This document shows, in pieces, positions 58,636 through 64,000 of a stretch of DNA of 64,000 bases (position 1 is its first letter; each line of letters begins with the position of its first letter). The notes under the pieces were generated by a model. It did no database searches. It had not been told where the DNA came from and saw only the letters and a program-made list of their open reading frames with translations. The stretch spans positions 23,077 through 87,076 of the forward strand of contig QCNW01000006.1 of the NCBI GenBank assembly GCA_003210025.1. Reading direction: 5' to 3'. The translations under genes and the position numbers were made by a program. This stretch comes from Pelagibacteraceae bacterium AG-426-M19 (GTDB lineage: Bacteria > Pseudomonadota > Alphaproteobacteria > Pelagibacterales > Pelagibacteraceae).

Positions 58636-58675
58636 TATCTACTATAGATGATTTGTAAAATTTAATCCACTAATT

Positions 58676-59617
58676 TTATTTGCTTGAATTAATTACTTTA
58701 TCTTTTAATTTCTTAAATTCCTCATCTGAAAGTACTCCGGATTTATATAATTCACTGAGTTTTTTTAAATCAGCTATCATTTTACTATTTTTATTATTCT
58801 TAACTAAATTTTTTGAAACTTGTGACAAGTTGTCAAATTTTAATTTATATTTACCATCAATTCTCAGACCTTCTTCGATAGAAACGTGATAAGATGTAAT
58901 ATAATTAATCCATTCGTTCATAGTTTTTTTTGCCTTAGGATAGCTGCTTATATTTTGAGGATGAAATTCACTTTGTGTTTCTGATCCGTATAGTGAATTA
59001 TAATTTGCAAAACTTTCAGGCGTCTGCAAGTAATCAATTCTTAGCCATCTATCTGCTTTTCTGGGTATATATACAGAGAGATCGTAGCCTAAATAAGTTT
59101 TTGGAAAAGTTAAATTATTTTTGTCAGCCCAATTAATAAGATATCCTAGGTCACGATCTGGGTCATTATGTTCATAAAGTTCAAAGTTTGTGTCATAATG
59201 TTTGATCGAAAAACAATTATGAGTCGCTCCTTTTGATCTATAATATTTTAATAAAGTATAATAAGATCTTTCAACACAGCCATGCCTTTTTGGCTTAAAT
59301 GTGCTAGTTATAATTATTGGGTTAATATAACCTAAAATAGCGTTTAAACCCTCTGCTTTTGAAATTTCTAAAATTTTTGTTGGCACCTTATTTTCTATTT
59401 GCGCTAACGTTATAGTATAAACATGGATACCTCTAAATATGTGCTCTCCATACCAATATATAACTTTCCAATTTCCTTCACTTAAAGGTATAGAGTGTTT
59501 ACTTGTAATATTTAATCCACCTGAAACAAAATCACCAACTTTATATTTAAATGTAGCATATGAGGTATTATTAAAAGAAAATAAAAATAGAAATAATATG
59601 ACTAATTTTTTTTTCAT
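58676..59617 (-). CDS. Exported hypothetical protein with C-terminal SHOCT-like domain
   Basis: Signal peptide ending TSYA; C-terminal LKKLSELYKSGVLSDEEFKKLKDKVI; body not recognised. Confidence 0.7.
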   Translation of the reverse strand: MKKKLVILFLFLFSFNNTSYATFKYKVGDFVSGGLNITSKHSIPLSEGNWKVIYWYGEHIFRGIHVYTITLAQIENKVPTKILEISKAEGLNAILGYINPIIITSTFKPKRHGCVERSYYTLLKYYRSKGATHNCFSIKHYDTNFELYEHNDPDRDLGYLINWADKNNLTFPKTYLGYDLSVYIPRKADRWLRIDYLQTPESFANYNSLYGSETQSEFHPQNISSYPKAKKTMNEWINYITSYHVSIEEGLRIDGKYKLKFDNLSQVSKNLVKNNKNSKMIADLKKLSELYKSGVLSDEEFKKLKDKVINSSK

Positions 59618-59628
59618 TTTAAATTAAA

Positions 59629-60498
59629 TTAATGTTTTTTTTTTGTATTTAGAATAGATAAAAATTGAATTAAAACTGCAAATATCACTATTAAACCACC
59701 AATTAAAACACTGGTTGGAGGATTTTCATTAATAATCATCCATGCCCAAAAAGGTCCTAAAACTGCCTCTGATAGCATTATGATACCAACTAATGCCGAA
59801 GGTGTAGATCTTGCACCGATTGTAATAAAAATAAAACCAAAACCAAGTTGGAAAAAACCAGCTAAAAATCCCAAAAAAATGTCATTTAAAGATATAAAGA
59901 TCGTTTTAGACATAAAATATCCAATGATCAAAGCAATAACGCCTGCAATAAATTGTAATGGAACCATATCTACACTTGGAAATTTTCTTACTATTAAAAT
60001 TAATGTTGCGAATGATATTGGCATAATAAAAGCAGCAATATTTCCACTCATTTGTCCAACTGTTAGTGAGCTTCCAACCATCAAAATTATTCCTGAGATT
60101 GCTAAAACTATAGATGTTAATGTTATTAAGTTTATTTTTTCTTTTAAAAATATATATCCAAAGATTGCTAAAAATAATGTTTGGGTTTGAATTATAAAAT
60201 TGGTATTTGCTACTGTAGTATTATACATCGCAAAAACATAACCACTAAAGCCACAGGCAAGTATAATGCCTCCAATAAGGCCAGGAATTCCGGATTTATA
60301 AAATGCTGAAATAAAATTTTGCTTATAACTAATAATTAGAAAGATCAGAACTACAATTATAAAAAAAACTGATCTCCAAAATAGAATTTGCCATAGAGTA
60401 GAACCTTCGAAAGATTTGACTATCAACCCTCCAAAACTTAGACTGAAAGCACCAAAGAAAATCAAAAGCGGCCCTGGTAATTTTGTAATTAAATTCAT
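59629..60498 (-). CDS. DMT/EamA-family transporter
   Basis: 10 TM; QILFWRS, VANTNF, MLSEAVLGPFWAW..E.P. Confidence 0.88.
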   Translation of the reverse strand: MNLITKLPGPLLIFFGAFSLSFGGLIVKSFEGSTLWQILFWRSVFFIIVVLIFLIISYKQNFISAFYKSGIPGLIGGIILACGFSGYVFAMYNTTVANTNFIIQTQTLFLAIFGYIFLKEKINLITLTSIVLAISGIILMVGSSLTVGQMSGNIAAFIMPISFATLILIVRKFPSVDMVPLQFIAGVIALIIGYFMSKTIFISLNDIFLGFLAGFFQLGFGFIFITIGARSTPSALVGIIMLSEAVLGPFWAWMIINENPPTSVLIGGLIVIFAVLIQFLSILNTKKKH

Positions 60499-61451
60499 TT
60501 AATTTGAGAAATAAGATTATTAGTCTCCATCTGATAAAGTTTATATAATGTTTCAGCATCCTCTAAGCTTACATCTTTAAATTTAATATTAGATCCTGGT
60601 GTTAATTGTACTAGTCGATCATAGTCAGCGGATATAACAGTGGCAATCTTCGGATATCCACCAATAGTTCCATGATCTGATAACATAATTATTGGATCTC
60701 CAGCAGATGTGATCTGAATTACACCTTTTACCAAACCTTCAGATTTTATATTAGGGTCAATGATATTTTCAATTTTTGGACCTTCTAATCTCATACCCAT
60801 CCTGTCTGAAAGTTTTGTAATTCTAAAACTTTCTTTGAAAAATTTATTTTGTGAAGACTCAGAAAAATAATCATAGTTTGTGCCTTTAATGACCCTTATA
60901 TTTTCAATAGTACTACCTAAGTAATCTAGTCTTCTTTTGTTAAAAGAATTATTAATATCAATTATTTCAATTTCTAAATCTTTAGAAAATTTATTCCCAT
61001 TATTTGGTCCAATTTGAGCTTGTGTATTTATTGAACAGCTTCCCCAATAATAATCAACACCAAAAGTTCCATTAATCGAAAAATATCCATAAACAGACTT
61101 GTTGGTTGAATATATATCGACTTCATCACCATTTTTTAATAAATAACATTGGTAGGAATTACCATCAACAACACCCTCTTCTGTCATAATTTTAAATGAT
61201 ACATTTCCAGAAATACAAAAAAAAATATCTTTTCCAAAATACTTCAAATGCGGGCCTTGATAAGCAAATTCTATTACAGGTGAATTGTAATCATTTTGTA
61301 GAAGTGAGTTTAACAATTGAAAATTTCTTTTATCCATCGCTCCACTAAAAGGAATACCAATGTGATATAAATTATTTCTTCCTAAGTCTTGATATGTGGT
61401 GTTGATACCAGCTCTTAAAATTTTAAAGTAGTTTCTATCTTTTGATTTCAT
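60495..61451 (-). CDS. pxpC: 5-oxoprolinase subunit C
   Basis: TTYQDLGR, SGAMD, SDRMGMRL, GVIQI, DHGTIGGYPKIA. Confidence 0.87.
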   Translation of the reverse strand: MKSKDRNYFKILRAGINTTYQDLGRNNLYHIGIPFSGAMDKRNFQLLNSLLQNDYNSPVIEFAYQGPHLKYFGKDIFFCISGNVSFKIMTEEGVVDGNSYQCYLLKNGDEVDIYSTNKSVYGYFSINGTFGVDYYWGSCSINTQAQIGPNNGNKFSKDLEIEIIDINNSFNKRRLDYLGSTIENIRVIKGTNYDYFSESSQNKFFKESFRITKLSDRMGMRLEGPKIENIIDPNIKSEGLVKGVIQITSAGDPIIMLSDHGTIGGYPKIATVISADYDRLVQLTPGSNIKFKDVSLEDAETLYKLYQMETNNLISQIK

Positions 61452-62109
61452 TATGTTGATCTAAAGTTATTCTATAAAATTTAATTGTATCGCCAGGATT
61501 AACAAGATTAGGGTTTGATTGATTAGATGTGTCGAAAATATTTTGTGGTGTATTTCCCAAAATATTCCACCCCCCAGGCGTTTCAAAAGTGTATATGTTG
61601 CAAAATTGCTCTGTTATTCCAACTGAACCTTTTGGAACTTTAACTCTTGGTGTTTCTAATCTCTTTAATCTCATTTCCTGGTTAAGATCACCAAGAAAAG
61701 GCATGCCAGCCACAAATCCTGTCATATAACAAAAGTAATTTTTGCTAAAAAATTTTTCTAGGATTATTTCTGATTTTAATTTTAATTTATTTTCAACTCT
61801 TTTAATATCTAATGCAAAGTCATTATCACAACATACTGGAATTTTGATTAGGTTTTTCTCTAATTTTTTGCTTTCTTTAATCTCTATGTTTTCAATTTTT
61901 TTTTTTAAAGATATAAAAGTATGTATATTTAAATCATATGAAATTATTAATTTATTATACGATGGAGTTAAGTTTGTAATACCTTTTAAATTTAAATTTT
62001 TTATATGGTAGAAATATTTGATAACATTTGAATTAATTTCTTGATTTACTTCATTTCCAAAGTCGCAGTACAAAGCTGCGTCACCAAGATTTAATATATT
62101 TTTTATCAT
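61435..62109 (-). CDS. pxpB: 5-oxoprolinase subunit B
   Basis: LGDAALY, PSYNKL, GFVAGMPFL, VPKGSVGI, IY...TPGGWNILG. Confidence 0.87.
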   Translation of the reverse strand: MIKNILNLGDAALYCDFGNEVNQEINSNVIKYFYHIKNLNLKGITNLTPSYNKLIISYDLNIHTFISLKKKIENIEIKESKKLEKNLIKIPVCCDNDFALDIKRVENKLKLKSEIILEKFFSKNYFCYMTGFVAGMPFLGDLNQEMRLKRLETPRVKVPKGSVGITEQFCNIYTFETPGGWNILGNTPQNIFDTSNQSNPNLVNPGDTIKFYRITLDQHNEIKR

Positions 62110-62117
62110 ACCATGTT

Positions 62118-62138
62118 ATACTTATGATTTGTAAGTAT
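62118..62138. promoter_or_regulatory. Inverted repeat in the 27-bp pxpB/pxpA divergent spacer
   Basis: ATACTTA-TGATTTG-TAAGTAT (7-7-7), overlapping the pxpA ATG. Confidence 0.4.
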
Positions 62139-62910
62139 GGAAATTAATATCAATTGTGATTTAGGTGAAAAATCTAAGCATCATTCAGATAAAAATGATC
62201 CAAAATTACTAGAAATTGTCAATTCAGCCAACGTTGCATGCGGTTATCATGCTGGTGACGAAGATAGCATGAACCAAGTTGTAAAAATTTGTAAGAAAAA
62301 TGGTGTTAGCATAGGTGCACATCCATCATTTAATGATCCTGAAAACTTTGGGCGTAAAAGATTAAATTTATCATCTAATGAAATAAATAAATTGCTAATT
62401 GATCAGTATGAAATTTTACAAAATATAGCTGAAAAACATGGTGAGGTTGTTACCCATATTAAACCTCATGGGGCATTAAATAATATGGCTTGTGAAGATA
62501 TTGAACTTGCAACTATCATTGCAAAATCAATCTGTGATTTAAACAAAGATTTAATCTATTTAGTGCCCACAGGTTCAAAGATGGAAGAGGCAGCAAAAAA
62601 ATTTAATATGAAAATTGCTTGTGAGATATTTGCAGACAGAAATTATGAAGATGATGGTAATTTAGTTTCCAGAAAAAAACCTCATGCTTTAATAACTGAC
62701 CCAGAGGAAGCAAAAAGTCATGTTTTAAGCATGGTACAAAACCAAGCTCTTAATTGTCACAGTGGGAAGCAGATACCTTGTGAAATAGACTCCGTATGCA
62801 TACATGGAGATAATCAAAGTTCTCTGCTAACAGCTCAATCTATTAAGAATAATTTGATTGAAAATGGTCTAGAACTTAAAACGTTAACTAATTTAGGAAA
62901 ATTTATATGA
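62137..62910 (+). CDS. pxpA: 5-oxoprolinase subunit A (LamB/YcsF)
   Basis: INCDLGE, SANVACGYHAGD, IGAHPS, HIKPHGALNN, EIFADRNY, CIHGD. Confidence 0.93.
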   Translation: MEININCDLGEKSKHHSDKNDPKLLEIVNSANVACGYHAGDEDSMNQVVKICKKNGVSIGAHPSFNDPENFGRKRLNLSSNEINKLLIDQYEILQNIAEKHGEVVTHIKPHGALNNMACEDIELATIIAKSICDLNKDLIYLVPTGSKMEEAAKKFNMKIACEIFADRNYEDDGNLVSRKKPHALITDPEEAKSHVLSMVQNQALNCHSGKQIPCEIDSVCIHGDNQSSLLTAQSIKNNLIENGLELKTLTNLGKFI

Positions 62911-63392
62911 TTAAAAACATTTTAGCTTCAGCAATTTTTTTTTTAATATTATCAAGCCAGTTAAATGCAGCTGGATCTAATAGCGATGCAAAACCAAAGA
63001 CACATTTTGATAAAGCAGTTACTTATATTAAAGCTGCAAAAAAATTAGAAAAAAAAGGTAATTTAGAGAAAGCTCAAAAAAGATATAAAAGAGCCATCAA
63101 ATTTTTATTAAAATCAAATAAAGATAATCCAAACAAACCAGACACTTTGAACTATCTTGGTTTTGCAACAAGAAAAATTGGTGATTTTGATGGAGGAGAG
63201 AAATATTATCTTCAAGGTTTAGCAATTAAACCGGATCATATTGGTATTAATGAATATCTTGGAGAATTATACGTTGCAACAAATAGGATTGATTTAGCAC
63301 AAGAAAGATTAAAAGTTTTAGAAAGCTGTAACTGTAAAGAGTACGAGCAACTCAAAGCAGTTATAGATGGAACTAAGAAATCAAAATATTAG
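62907..63392 (+). CDS. Exported TPR protein
   Basis: Signal peptide ending LNA; helical repeats PDTLNYLGFATRKIG and HIGINEYLGELYV. Confidence 0.8.
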   Translation: MIKNILASAIFFLILSSQLNAAGSNSDAKPKTHFDKAVTYIKAAKKLEKKGNLEKAQKRYKRAIKFLLKSNKDNPNKPDTLNYLGFATRKIGDFDGGEKYYLQGLAIKPDHIGINEYLGELYVATNRIDLAQERLKVLESCNCKEYEQLKAVIDGTKKSKY

Positions 63393-64000
63393 TTTATATT
63401 TTTTATCATTTGCTCAGGCATCCAAAGAGCAATTTCTGGAAAAATTACAACTAAGATAACAGCCAAAATCATCAGCAAGAAGAGGGGGAAAGCACTTCTT
63501 GCTATATAACCCATATCTTTATTAGCCATACCCTGAAGAACAAAAAGATTAAAACCAACTGGTGGGGTAATCTGAGCCATTTCGACAACAATAACTAGAA
63601 AAACACCAAACCAAATCATATCAAAACCTGCTTGTCTAATCATTGGTTCAATTATAGCCATTGTTAAAACTACAGCAGAGATACCATCAAGAAACATTCC
63701 AAGAATAATATAAAAAATCATTAAAACAAAAATTAAAACATATGGAGAAAGTTCCATTCCTTCAATCCATAGAGCAAGATTTCTTGGCAGTCCCGTAAAT
63801 CCCATTGCCAAAGATAAAAAAGTGGCTCCTGCTAATATAAAAGCTATCATACAAGAAGTTTTAGTAGCACCCAGCAATGATTCTTTAAATGTGTTTAAAG
63901 ATAAACTTTTTTGAAAGTATGATAAAATTAATGCGCCAACTACACCCAATGAGGCTGCTTCAGTTGCAGTTGCTATACCAGTATAAATTGAGCCAATAAC
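63389..64000 (-). CDS. dctM: TRAP transporter large permease, C-terminal part (runs off the window edge)
   Basis: Frame is open to 64000 (VIGSIYTGIATATEAASLG); LGMFLDGIS, WFGV, QITPPVGFNLFV. Confidence 0.92.
   Translation of the reverse strand, partial: VIGSIYTGIATATEAASLGVVGALILSYFQKSLSLNTFKESLLGATKTSCMIAFILAGATFLSLAMGFTGLPRNLALWIEGMELSPYVLIFVLMIFYIILGMFLDGISAVVLTMAIIEPMIRQAGFDMIWFGVFLVIVVEMAQITPPVGFNLFVLQGMANKDMGYIARSAFPLFLLMILAVILVVIFPEIALWMPEQMIKNIN

Noticed and set aside
90-62011. The many short opposite-strand ORFs in the track (for example 90-272, 1060-1281, 7832-8269, 14329-14748, 38458-38886, 59780-60190)
   Set aside because: They lie wholly within well-supported genes on the other strand and show no motifs or SD; they are shadow ORFs.
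1-64000. tRNA, rRNA, IS elements, integrases, prophage or defence systems
   Set aside because: No cloverleaf or T-loop motif, no terminal inverted repeats, no such protein motifs, and nearly all of the sequence is accounted for by other genes.

Overview
Very AT-rich, tightly packed alphaproteobacterial chromosome segment. Gene content, tiny spacers, gcvTHP with a tandem glycine riboswitch and thiSG point to Pelagibacterales (SAR11); this is an inference, no taxonomic search was run. Bases 1-31 kb are conserved housekeeping synteny: mrcA, rne, thiGS, aroQ-accBC, aspS, purMN, ndk, pepA, lptFGD-surA-pdxA-rsmA, gmk, acpP-fabG-fabD, rpsF-rpsR-rplI-dnaB, cvpA-purF. Several genes usual in that synteny are missing, and only the C-terminal TSCPD-like domain of NrdJ sits at the usual nrdJ position. 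Bases 31-64 kb are a redox, glycine and C1 region: gshAB, msrA/msrB, Fe-type SOD, amidinotransferase plus threonine aldolase, NAD-dependent formate dehydrogenase, tspO, a Cfa/DUF1365/DUF3833 lipid-modification cluster, gcvTHP, pxpABC and a partial TRAP permease. I saw no tRNA, rRNA, CRISPR array, transposase, integrase or prophage. The most novel signal is outside the ORF track: two tandem paralogous 19-codon hydrophobic micro-ORFs (40743-40872) with synonymous divergence, a strong SD and a candidate leaderless promoter with an operator-like repeat. Also notable: a 12-bp anti-start-codon helix in the glycine riboswitch, the stand-alone NrdJ C-terminal relic, and a furan-fatty-acid-like cluster starting 5 bp after gcvP. 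All product calls come from motif recognition by eye, not database searches.
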